This document shows positions 55,919 to 64,000 of a stretch of DNA of 64,000 nt, in pieces. The translations under genes and the position numbers were made by a program. The DNA comes from Alphaproteobacteria bacterium (lineage in GTDB: Bacteria; Pseudomonadota; Alphaproteobacteria; Micavibrionales; UBA2020), in assembly GCA_041287865.1 (NCBI GenBank), contig JBGGMV010000072.1, positions 41,978-105,977 of the forward strand, given 5' to 3'. The notes below the pieces were generated by a model. It was not told the DNA's origin and ran no database searches. It saw nothing but the letters and a program-made list of their open reading frames with translations. Positions within the stretch are counted from its first letter, which is position 1. Every line of letters begins with the position of its first letter.

Positions 55919-57398
55919 AGGCGATCTCCTGGGCGTGGTGAGGGGTTAAGTCGAGGGCGGAAAAAACGGCACCGTCCCACTGCCGCGCTTCTGCGTCCGG
56001 CAGGGTGGCGGGGGTGATGCGTTGCAGGGCGTGCCATGTGGTGCCGGGGCGCTGCATCCAGCGCCAGACGGCTTCGGCGACATTGCTGGCGGTTTTGTCG
56101 CGGCCGGCATAAAAGGTCACGGCGATCCGCCATTGCGCGCCATCCGGCGATGTTGCGATATAAGTGGCGGTCGGCAGCGGGGCATAGCTCATGCCTTTAT
56201 AGTCAACGGCAAACCCCATGCCGCGCAGGCATTCATCGGGCGCATGCAGGTGGCGCAGGGGCGAGGACGTCTGGATCAGCATCACGCTGTTATCGCCATA
56301 GGCCATTTTCTTCGCCATGCCGCCGAATTGCAGGAAGTAGTCTTTCTCGCGGGCGGCAAGCTCGACAGGCCTGCCATAACTGCCATCAATTGAAAGCGGC
56401 AGTGCAATTTCAACGGGCGCGGCGGCGGCGACATCCACGGGCTTGCGCGGCAGGGCGACAATAGCGGCGGCGAGGATCAGGAACAGGCAGGCGGGCAGCC
56501 ATGTGACAGGTCTTACCTGCCGCACCGGCGCGGAGGTAACGGCGGTGCGTGCTTGCGGGATGCGGCTGCACAGGAAAATCAGCGGTGCCGCCGCCGCCGC
56601 CAGAAAGACAAGGCCGGTGATATCATGCCAGGGCTGCGCCATCACGTCGATGCCCGCAACGGGGTGCGCGATCAGCGCGGCAAGCACGGTGATGCGGAGC
56701 GCATTGGCGATCAAAACGCCCGCCAGCGTGGCAAACCCGATCAGCGCGGCGCGCGTGAAATTCGGCCTGTAAACCGCCATCAGCGACGCATAGAGGATGC
56801 AGATTAGAATCAGCATGCGCGCGCCGGAGCAGGGCAGGTCCACCAGAACGTCATGGCCGCTGACGATGATGCGCGCGCCGTTGCAGGCGACATCGTCGAA
56901 AAATCCCTTCAGCGTCAGGCAGGCGCCGCCCGCCGACACCTGCTGCAGCAGGAAACCGCCGACACGCTGCAAAATGCGCTCTAGGGGCAGGCAGAAAGCG
57001 AAGAGCAGCGCCAGCCAGCCGGGGGAGAGTGCGCGCCTGCGGCCCTTCAGCCCCGCCAGCAGCCCGAGGGCATAAACGTCGATCACCAGCGCCAGCGCGC
57101 CGATCACGTTCACCGCCAGCACCTGCCCCGCGCCCCGCACCAGCGTCGTTGCGGCAAGCAGCAGCCAGGCTTTACGGTGGTCAAGCTGCTGCGCCGTGCG
57201 CCCGCTCGACAGGCTCCAGCCAATCAACGCCACGCAGAGCGCAAAAACCCAGAGGCCTTTCGAATCATAAGCGGGATCTGTCCAGGACGCCGCAAGCCAG
57301 CGCAGCGGCTCGGCCGCCATCAGCAGCATGCCCGCGCCGATAACGGCCTTGCGGGGGTCAAATGGTAACGCGGGGGATGTGATAATTGTTTGCTGCAT
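55902..57398 (-). CDS. Exosortase fused to an EpsI-like C-terminal domain
   Basis: Polytopic membrane N-terminal part with a conserved Cys context (DLPCSGARML). Soluble C-terminal domain of about 190 aa. The stop overlaps the start of the PEP-CTERM substrate gene by 17 nt. Confidence 0.7.
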   Translation of the reverse strand: MQQTIITSPALPFDPRKAVIGAGMLLMAAEPLRWLAASWTDPAYDSKGLWVFALCVALIGWSLSSGRTAQQLDHRKAWLLLAATTLVRGAGQVLAVNVIGALALVIDVYALGLLAGLKGRRRALSPGWLALLFAFCLPLERILQRVGGFLLQQVSAGGACLTLKGFFDDVACNGARIIVSGHDVLVDLPCSGARMLILICILYASLMAVYRPNFTRAALIGFATLAGVLIANALRITVLAALIAHPVAGIDVMAQPWHDITGLVFLAAAAAPLIFLCSRIPQARTAVTSAPVRQVRPVTWLPACLFLILAAAIVALPRKPVDVAAAAPVEIALPLSIDGSYGRPVELAAREKDYFLQFGGMAKKMAYGDNSVMLIQTSSPLRHLHAPDECLRGMGFAVDYKGMSYAPLPTATYIATSPDGAQWRIAVTFYAGRDKTASNVAEAVWRWMQRPGTTWHALQRITPATLPDAEARQWDGAVFSALDLTPHHAQEIAYAEIH

Positions 57399-57490
57399 AT
57401 CCCCATGATGGCAGGCAGATATGCAGCGGTGACGGCGGGTTCAATTCAATACGGGGGCTTTTGTGTGCAAAATCTGCGCAACTAATGAAA

Positions 57491-57580
57491 TGGCGGAAGG
57501 GATGAGATTCGAACTCACGAAACCTGTTACAGTTTAACCGCTTTCCAGGCGATCGCCTTCAACCACTCGGCCACCCTTCC
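57491..57580 (-). tRNA. tRNA-Ser (anticodon GGA), CCA encoded
   Basis: The reverse complement GGAAGGGTGGCCGAGTGGTTGAAGGCGATCGCCTGGAAAGCGGT...GAGTTCGAATCTCATCCCTTCCGCCA folds as a class II tRNA. The acceptor stem is GGAAGGG/CCCTTCC, the anticodon loop is CTGGAAA, and there is a long variable arm. Confidence 0.9.
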
Positions 57581-57665
57581 GCTGGAAACGTCAATTTCGG
57601 TAAAGCAGATTACGCTGAATCACCTTGCGCGTTCAACATTAATTAAACCCTGTAATAACAGTAAT

Positions 57666-58496
57666 TTAAGCCAATTTTGCGAAGGCGGGCGGGGCCTGCG
57701 TGGCCGCAACCGTAACGATATCGCCTTTTTTAACAATACCGGCATGCATCGGCACGGCGTTCTGGCCGAAGACGACACCGGTCAGGTCGGGCGTGCGCAG
57801 CAGGCGGAAGGTCTTGAGGGTATTCAGCGGCTCGTTGCTTTGTTTTTCGCCGGTCAGCTGGTCGGTGGTGGTGACGACGCAGCGCGTGCAGGGCTTGACG
57901 ATATCGAGCGTGATGTCGCCGACTTTAATTTTTTTCCAGCTGTCCTCCGCCCATGCGCCTGCGCCTGTCACCACAATATTTGGACGGAAGCGATCCATCG
58001 GCAGAGCTGCGGGCATTTTCACGTTCAGGTCGCCCAGCGATTCCGTGACGGTGACGAGAATGGGGAAGCCGTCGGCGTAGCTCACCTGCGCATTGGCGGC
58101 ATATTTCTCCGACGCCGCGCGCGGCAGGTCGCCCTGATAGACAAGGCGGCAGGGGAGGCTTAAGTAATCGCTGAACCACGCATCCGCTTCGCCTGACGCC
58201 GCGAAGCCTTCGATATCCTGCTTCCACAATTTAACGGGCAGGCGCGGCGCGTTTGCCAGCGGTTCGGAGATGTCGATGGATTTTCCGCTACCCGCAATCC
58301 GCAGGCCCGCCGGTGTCACATGCGCGGAGAGAGTCGCCAGTTTCGGCTGTTCGCGCTGGGTGATGAATTTACCATCCATATCCACCAGCATCCAGCGGCG
58401 GTCATGGCGCAGGCCGCGCGGCGTGACTTCAGCTTCCTGAAGTTCCACCGCGCGCAATCCCTTGACCGGATAGATATAAAGCGCCGATACCTGCAC
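57666..58496 (-). CDS. MOSC domain protein (YcbX-like, no ferredoxin domain)
   Basis: MOSC N-terminal beta-barrel signature (LYIYPVKGLRAVE...RHDRRWMLVD) and the C-terminal MOSC Cys (VKPCTRCVVTT). Confidence 0.8.
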   Translation of the reverse strand: MQVSALYIYPVKGLRAVELQEAEVTPRGLRHDRRWMLVDMDGKFITQREQPKLATLSAHVTPAGLRIAGSGKSIDISEPLANAPRLPVKLWKQDIEGFAASGEADAWFSDYLSLPCRLVYQGDLPRAASEKYAANAQVSYADGFPILVTVTESLGDLNVKMPAALPMDRFRPNIVVTGAGAWAEDSWKKIKVGDITLDIVKPCTRCVVTTTDQLTGEKQSNEPLNTLKTFRLLRTPDLTGVVFGQNAVPMHAGIVKKGDIVTVAATQAPPAFAKLA

Positions 58497-58503
58497 GAAA
58501 GCC

Positions 58504-59244
58504 TTACACGCCCATCTTTTTCATGAGGTCGAGCGGCAGCGGCAGGATGATCGTATTGGTCTTGTCGTTGGCGATATCCTGGAAGGCGGAAAGATAGCGG
58601 AGCTGCATCGCGCCGGAGGAACCCAGCTTGGTCGCTGCTTCCACCAGTTTATCTGCGGCCTGCAATTCGCCCTCCGCCGAGATGATTTTCGCGCGGCGTT
58701 CGCGTTCGGCTTCGGCTTGGCGGCCGATGGCGCGGATCATGCTTTCGGCAAGGTCGATATGCTTCAGCGCCACGTTCTGCACCTTGATGCCCCACTGGTC
58801 GGTCTGGTTGTCGAGCAGTTCGCGGATGGCGGACGAGAGCTTGTCGCGCTCCGACAGCAGGTCGTCGAGGTCATGCTTGCCGAGCACTTCGCGCAAGGTT
58901 GTCTGCGACAGTTCCGACGTTGCGCGCAGGAAGTCGACGACGTTGTTCATCGCCTTTTCCGGCGCGATGACGCGGAAGTAGACCACCGCGTTGACCTTCA
59001 CCGAAATGTTGTCTTTCGAGATGATGTCCTGGCTGGGCACGTCGATGGTGCGCACGCGGAGATCAACGCGCGTCATGGTCTGCAGCACGGGGATCAGGAT
59101 GATCAGGCCGGGGCCCTTCACGCCCTGGTAACGGCCAAGCCAGTAGACCACGCCGCGCTCATACTCCTTGAGCACCCGCAGCGAATAGCCGAGGAAGATA
59201 AGGCCGAAGAGCAAGAGGATCGAAGTAATTGCAATACCTGGCAT
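58504..59244 (-). CDS. SPFH/stomatin-like protein (QmcA/YbbK type)
   Basis: N-terminal TM helix, YERGVVYWLGRY, an SPFH core and an RRAKIISAEGE coiled coil. Downstream of nfeD. Confidence 0.85.
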   Translation of the reverse strand: MPGIAITSILLLFGLIFLGYSLRVLKEYERGVVYWLGRYQGVKGPGLIILIPVLQTMTRVDLRVRTIDVPSQDIISKDNISVKVNAVVYFRVIAPEKAMNNVVDFLRATSELSQTTLREVLGKHDLDDLLSERDKLSSAIRELLDNQTDQWGIKVQNVALKHIDLAESMIRAIGRQAEAERERRAKIISAEGELQAADKLVEAATKLGSSGAMQLRYLSAFQDIANDKTNTIILPLPLDLMKKMGV

Positions 59245-59277
59245 TGGTAAATCCTTTCGTGGGGTTGAATTTGAATC

Positions 59278-60669
59278 TTATACTTTGTTTTCGGGCGCGA
59301 CGGTCAGCAACAGGCCTTCGATTTCCAGCACCTTCACCCTGTCGCCCTGCTTGATGATAAAGCCGGGCGGCGAAACCGCTTTCCACACTTCGCCGGTCAC
59401 GCGCACTTCGCCCTGTCCCTGCGACCAGCTTAAAACTTCGGCGGTCGATTGCTTCAGTTCCTCGACGCCTGTGGTAACGGCCTGCTTGTGCGCCTTGACC
59501 GCCATCGCCAGCAGCAGCGAGAAGATCGCGAGCGTCAGCAGCGTGATCGTGCCGATCAGCCAGAGGTCGATGCCGAAATTCGGGTCTGTGCTGTCGATCA
59601 ACATGGTCGCCCCCACTGCAAAAGCGATTGTCCCGCCGATGCCGAGCGCGCCGAAGCCCGCCGTCATGGCCTCCCCCGCCATCATCGCGATGCCCAGCAC
59701 CATCAGGCCAAGGCCGGTATAGTTCACGGGCAGCACGTTCATCGCGTAAAGCCCCAGCAGCAGGCAGATCGCGCCCACCACGCCCGGCAGGAAGACGCCG
59801 GGGTTCATCACCTCGTAAATCAGGCCATAGGCGCCAAGGGTGATGAGCAGGAAGGCGACGTTCGGGTCGGTAATCAGGCCCAGCAGGTCGGTGCGCCAGT
59901 CAGCCTTGAACTTGACGACCTTCGCGTCCTTGGTTTTCAGCTTCTGCGTGCGGTCGGTATCCATTTTAACAATGCGGCCGTCCAGCTGGTTCAGCAGGTC
60001 GGGGATATCCTTGGCGATGATCTCGATGATCTTTTTATCGAGCGCTTCGGAGGCCGTCACGCTGGAGGCTTCGCGCACCGCCTTTTCAGCCCATTCGCCG
60101 TTCCGCGAAAAGCGCTCGGCAAGGCCGCGGATAAAGGCGGAGGCATCGTTGATGATCTTGTGCTCCATCGCCTTCGGGACGCCGCCCGGCATGCCCGGTA
60201 TCGCATCGGGCGCGGGCATGCCCTGTTCGTTCAGGAAAACGGGCGTGGCCGCGCCGATATTGGTCGAGGGCGCCATGGCCGCCACGTGGCTGCCGTAGAG
60301 AATGTAAGTGCCGGCAGAGGCCGCGTGCGAGCCTGCTGGGCTGACGTAAGTCACAACCGGCACGGGGCTGGCGAGGATCGATTTGATGATTTCCTGCGTC
60401 GAATCAAAAAGCCCGCCCGGCGTCGACAGTTCGATGATCAGCACATCCGCATGGGCTTTGGTCGCGCCCTCGATATTGCGCTGCACCAGTTCCAGCGTCG
60501 GCGGGCCGATGATGCCGTCGATGGTGACGACATGCGCCAGCGGCTTGCCGGCGTCATCCTCGTCTGCGGCGCGCGATGCGGGTTGCATCAGCATCATGAA
60601 ACCCGCGACAACCAGCATCAGGCTCAGGGCCTGCAAAAACTTCTTGTTCAAATGGCGTAAACGACGCAT
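59278..60669 (-). CDS. NfeD-family membrane-bound ClpP-class serine protease
   Basis: The ATG at 60669 follows GGGGAGG. It has a signal/anchor, a ClpP-like domain, multiple TM helices and a C-terminal NfeD OB-fold (GEVWKAVSP...GDRVKVLEIEG). Confidence 0.8.
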   Translation of the reverse strand: MRRLRHLNKKFLQALSLMLVVAGFMMLMQPASRAADEDDAGKPLAHVVTIDGIIGPPTLELVQRNIEGATKAHADVLIIELSTPGGLFDSTQEIIKSILASPVPVVTYVSPAGSHAASAGTYILYGSHVAAMAPSTNIGAATPVFLNEQGMPAPDAIPGMPGGVPKAMEHKIINDASAFIRGLAERFSRNGEWAEKAVREASSVTASEALDKKIIEIIAKDIPDLLNQLDGRIVKMDTDRTQKLKTKDAKVVKFKADWRTDLLGLITDPNVAFLLITLGAYGLIYEVMNPGVFLPGVVGAICLLLGLYAMNVLPVNYTGLGLMVLGIAMMAGEAMTAGFGALGIGGTIAFAVGATMLIDSTDPNFGIDLWLIGTITLLTLAIFSLLLAMAVKAHKQAVTTGVEELKQSTAEVLSWSQGQGEVRVTGEVWKAVSPPGFIIKQGDRVKVLEIEGLLLTVAPENKV

Positions 60670-60809
60670 GGGTAAAACCTCCCCTTCGCGAGACAGCGCT
60701 TTTCGGCGCCTTTCGCAGATTAGCAAAATAATCAGATGTACCCCATACATTTAGGATAACGGTTAATCCATAAAATTGGGTTAACCGGATACCCCATGCG
60801 GGATTTTAT

Positions 60810-61871
60810 TTACGGAACAGGTGTTTGGGGTGATGCGGGCCCGGAAGAGGATGTCTTCGGCGCGTTCTTGCCCACGCGCGGCTCCGCGCCATGGTGCTGA
60901 ATCACGTCCGACGCCCATTTAGATCCTTGCTCGGCGGATTCAAGCGCGGTCAGGCCTTTGGCAAGGCCATAAAGGAAACCCGCCGCGAACTGGTCGCCCG
61001 CGCCATTGGTGTCGACGATCAGCGCTTTGTCTATTTTCTGCGCGGGCACCAGCGTGCAGGCGCCGTTCTTGAAAACGAAGGCGCCCTTTGCGCCCATCGT
61101 CATCGCGCCGGTCAGTCCCGTGGCGCACATGGCGTCCAGCGTTTCCTCGGTCGTGCTGGTTTTGAACAGCGCGGAGAATTCGCGCAGGTCGCCGACCAGA
61201 ATATCGGCATGGCTGGTGACAAGCGCGTGAAATTCTTTCTGGTTGTTTTCCACCAGCTTCGCGTCGTTCAGCGACACAGCGACTTTGCCGCCCGATTGCT
61301 TTGCGATGTGCGCCGCATGATGCACGGCCTCTTTGCCCGTGGGCGACAGCCAGAGGTAGCTGTCGAGATAGGTGATTTTCGCGCGCTTCAACAGCTTGTC
61401 GTCCACATCGGCAGGCGCAAGCTCGCCGCCAGCGCCGGGCGCGAAGGCGAAGGTGCGCTCGCGGTCGGGCGTAATCATCGCCAGAACCACGGTTGTCGAA
61501 GTGGATGAAAGAGTGGGCGTATAGTCGACGCCATGCGATTTCATGCGCGTGGCGATAAAGTTGCCATGATCGTCATCGCCGATGCGGCCGATCAGCGCGG
61601 CCTTGCCGCCGCGCAGAGCCACGCCTGCGACCACATTCACGCCGGGGCTGCCGGGATAGGTGGCGGGCGATTGGCCCGCGGCCAGTTTGGCAACGGTCCC
61701 GGCCGTCGTCGGGTTCGACAGGCCTTTGGCGACGCCGTGTGCTTCAAGGTGTTCGTCGGCGCATTCGATGCGCTGGTCGACGCAGATGGCGGAAAGGGCG
61801 ACGACGTCGAAGGTTTTCAGCGGCGCGGCTTTATCAAGGGCCGCCTTCAAAAAACCTTTTACGTTGTCCAT
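60810..61871 (-). CDS. PfkB-family carbohydrate/nucleoside kinase
   Basis: PfkB signature DTNGAGDQFAAGFLYG near the C-terminus, followed by a Ser/Pro tail. Confidence 0.8.
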   Translation of the reverse strand: MDNVKGFLKAALDKAAPLKTFDVVALSAICVDQRIECADEHLEAHGVAKGLSNPTTAGTVAKLAAGQSPATYPGSPGVNVVAGVALRGGKAALIGRIGDDDHGNFIATRMKSHGVDYTPTLSSTSTTVVLAMITPDRERTFAFAPGAGGELAPADVDDKLLKRAKITYLDSYLWLSPTGKEAVHHAAHIAKQSGGKVAVSLNDAKLVENNQKEFHALVTSHADILVGDLREFSALFKTSTTEETLDAMCATGLTGAMTMGAKGAFVFKNGACTLVPAQKIDKALIVDTNGAGDQFAAGFLYGLAKGLTALESAEQGSKWASDVIQHHGAEPRVGKNAPKTSSSGPASPQTPVP

Positions 61872-61882
61872 TTCTTATCTCC

Positions 61883-63004
61883 TTAAGCCGTCTTTGCGGT
61901 TTTTAGCGTGCCGTTCAGCTGGTCGATCAGGGCGGCGCCCATTTCGGTGGTGCTGAGTTTCGTGCAGCCCTCCGCCATGATATCGGCGGTACGCAGTTTG
62001 CGGTTCAGCAGCTGTTCGATGGCGTTTTCCAGCACATCGGCTTCCTTCTTCATGTCGAAGGAATAACGGAACATCATCGAAACCGACAAGATCATCGCCA
62101 GCGGGTTGGCAAGGCCCTTGCCCGCGATATCGGGGGCGGAGCCGTGAATGGGTTCATACAGTGCCGCACGTTTGCCGTCAGCCTGCAGCGCGCCCAGCGA
62201 TGCCGAGGGCAGCATGCCCAGCGATCCGGTCAGCATCGCCGCTTCGTCCGACAGAATGTCGCCGAACAGGTTGTCGGTCACGATCACGTCGAACTGCGCG
62301 GGGTTGCGCAGCAATTGCATGGCGCAGTTGTCGGCGTACATATGGCTTAAGGTTACGTCGCTGTATTCCTTGGCGTGCAGCGCGGTGACTTCTTCGCGCC
62401 ACAGCTTGCCCGATTCCATCACGTTCGCTTTTTCCGATGAACAGACCTTGTTGCCGCGCTTGCGGGCAAGTTCAAACGCCACGCGCGCGACGCGGTGGAT
62501 TTCGGATGTGGTGTAGGTTTGCGTGTTGAACCCGCGGCGTTGGCCGTCGGGCAGGGTTTCGATGCCGCGCGGCTCGCCGAAGTAAACGCCGCCGGTCAGC
62601 TCGCGCACGATCATGATGTCGAGGCCTTTGACGACCGATGCCTTCAGGGTCGAGGCTTCCACCAGCGCGTCGAACACCTTCGCGGGACGCAGGTTGGCGA
62701 AAAGATCCAGCGATTTGCGCAGTTTCAGCAATCCGGCCTCGGGGCGGATATTGTATTCCACCTTGTCCCATTTGGGCCCGCCGACGGCGGCCAACAGCAC
62801 GGCGTCGGATTTCTTGCATTGCTCCAGCGTGGCGTCCGACAGCGGAACGCCGTGCTTGTCGATCGACATGCCGCCGATATCGCCGGCCGATGTTTCGATC
62901 TTCGCGCCGTAATGCTGGTTGAACCAGCCGATGATTTTCACGGCTTCGGCCATTACTTCGGGCCCGATGCCGTCGCCTTGCAGCAGCGTCACATGTCTGG
63001 TCAT
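61883..63004 (-). CDS. leuB: 3-isopropylmalate dehydrogenase
   Basis: [11 protein letters not shown] at the N-terminus and the [26 protein letters not shown] signature. Confidence 0.95.
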   Translation of the reverse strand: MTRHVTLLQGDGIGPEVMAEAVKIIGWFNQHYGAKIETSAGDIGGMSIDKHGVPLSDATLEQCKKSDAVLLAAVGGPKWDKVEYNIRPEAGLLKLRKSLDLFANLRPAKVFDALVEASTLKASVVKGLDIMIVRELTGGVYFGEPRGIETLPDGQRRGFNTQTYTTSEIHRVARVAFELARKRGNKVCSSEKANVMESGKLWREEVTALHAKEYSDVTLSHMYADNCAMQLLRNPAQFDVIVTDNLFGDILSDEAAMLTGSLGMLPSASLGALQADGKRAALYEPIHGSAPDIAGKGLANPLAMILSVSMMFRYSFDMKKEADVLENAIEQLLNRKLRTADIMAEGCTKLSTTEMGAALIDQLNGTLKTAKTA

Positions 63005-63021
63005 CTGTCAGTCCTTGTCTA

Positions 63022-63261
63022 TTAGCGGCGGTAGTGGTGATGGTGGCGCGGCGGCGCGGGATGGTGATGGCCGTGCGGATAATGCGGGCGGTAAACCGGG
63101 CCATAGATCACGGGGCCGGGCACGATCACGGGCGCGGGCACGACAACGACCGGCGCGGGATAATAGGGATCCATCGGGACAATCGCGCAGCCCGTCATGG
63201 TGACAGCAGCGGCGGCGACAGCGAAGGCCTTGCAGAGGCTCTTTTTGCCGGGAAGGTTCAT
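63022..63261 (-). CDS. Small Pro/Val/His-rich lipoprotein
   Basis: Lipobox VTMTGC. The mature part is almost entirely P, V, Y and H, ending HYPHGHHHPAPPRHHHHYRR. Confidence 0.55.
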   Translation of the reverse strand: MNLPGKKSLCKAFAVAAAAVTMTGCAIVPMDPYYPAPVVVVPAPVIVPGPVIYGPVYRPHYPHGHHHPAPPRHHHHYRR

Positions 63262-63357
63262 GGTTCACACTCCTCAAAAATGTTAAGCCGCGTCAAACTA
63301 GCACCGGGGCATAGTTACGTCAATACAGGCCGGTTAATAGTCTGATAATATTGTATA

Positions 63358-64000
63358 TTATGCCATGAGCGCAGACTCTACATCGGTCACAAAACGCACC
63401 GATGACGCGAAGCTTTCGCCCTTGATCTTGCGGCGAATGCGGTGGGTTATTTTGCTCTCGCCGCAGACGAAAATTTTCCGCCCCGGCTGCGCCACCGTCA
63501 TCAGGAAGGTCTTGATGCCGAACATGCCGGTCATGTCGATCATCGGCACGGCCGAGAGGTCGATCACAAGGCGCGTCACCTCGCTGTCGATGTAATCCGC
63601 GCCCTCCAGCGTGCGGTTGATGGAACCGAAAAACAGCGGGCCTTCAAACCGGTAAACCATCGCGCCCTTCGGCACCTTGCCGTGGAAATCGTCGGGTTTC
63701 TTGTGCGACGAAATGCTGAGCGTGGAGAAATCGGCGATGCGCTTCATGAAAAGCAGCGTCGCCAGCATCATGCCCACCAGCACCCCCGCCACCATGTCGA
63801 TAAAGACAGTCAGGAAGAAACTGATCAGCATCACCGCCGTATCCGATTTCGGCGCAAGGCGGAAAATTCTGATGCATTGGTGGATATGCGACATGCGCCA
63901 CGCGACCACCAGCAACAGCGCGGCCAGCGCCGCCATAGGGATAAAGCTGATATAAGGGGCCAGTGTCAGCACATAGGCCAAAATCAGCAGCGCATGGATG
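63358..64000 (-). CDS. SulP-family anion transporter, C-terminal part with STAS domain (5' end outside window)
   Basis: The last TM helices are followed by a STAS domain (MVYRFEGPLFFGS...LVIDLSAVPMIDMTG). The reading frame is open to the window edge. Confidence 0.8.
   Translation of the reverse strand, partial: IHALLILAYVLTLAPYISFIPMAALAALLLVVAWRMSHIHQCIRIFRLAPKSDTAVMLISFFLTVFIDMVAGVLVGMMLATLLFMKRIADFSTLSISSHKKPDDFHGKVPKGAMVYRFEGPLFFGSINRTLEGADYIDSEVTRLVIDLSAVPMIDMTGMFGIKTFLMTVAQPGRKIFVCGESKITHRIRRKIKGESFASSVRFVTDVESALMA

Noticed and set aside
57491-57580. tRNA-Ser as the attachment site of a genomic island containing the exosortase and orphan genes.
   Set aside because: There is no integrase or recombinase in the window. 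I could not find a direct repeat of the tRNA 3' end in the inspected intergenic regions, although an exhaustive search was not possible by eye.
1-64000. CRISPR arrays, insertion sequences, reverse transcriptases and prophage genes.
   Set aside because: No regularly spaced direct repeats, transposase or integrase-like ORFs, RT motifs or phage structural genes were seen on either strand.

Overview
GC-rich, densely coding chromosomal segment that looks alphaproteobacterial (fused trpE-trpG, PuuD/PuuE-type purine catabolism); no database search was possible. About 55 protein genes, one tRNA-Ser, and no rRNA, CRISPR array, transposase or integrase. Recognisable blocks, left to right: FIST sensor plus HPt-type kinase; a 1953-aa thioester-type alpha-2-macroglobulin; malate synthase A translationally coupled to a urate-to-glyoxylate pathway (puuD, uraH, puuE, uraD, allantoicase, ureidoglycolate lyase) with an ankyrin protein inserted; SPFH plus FecR-domain pair; ROK kinase plus cupin; a double M16 peptidase; a complete trpE(G)-D-C-F-B-A operon with a previously unlisted 17-codon Trp-Trp leader peptide and attenuator; an RND pump (MFP plus RND, no outer-membrane factor); ppc; an ABC exporter. 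Further right: patatin-like lipoprotein, dld, an exosortase with a single VIT-VWA PEP-CTERM substrate, tRNA-Ser(GGA), MOSC, SPFH-NfeD, PfkB kinase, leuB and a partial SulP transporter. The most interesting part is about 10 kb (37.5-47.4 kb) holding nine consecutive genes with no housekeeping assignment. It consists of a self-contained four-gene plus-strand operon around a TelA-like helical protein, an orphan Cas4/RecB-type Fe-S nuclease behind an AT-rich gap with a perfect palindrome, and a four-gene minus-strand operon (NAD-binding/DUF4166-like protein plus three unknowns). A second small accessory patch (50.4-52.3 kb) contains a candidate H-Y-E type ADP-ribosyltransferase-fold protein. All family assignments rest on remembered motifs and gene context and need profile or structure searches.
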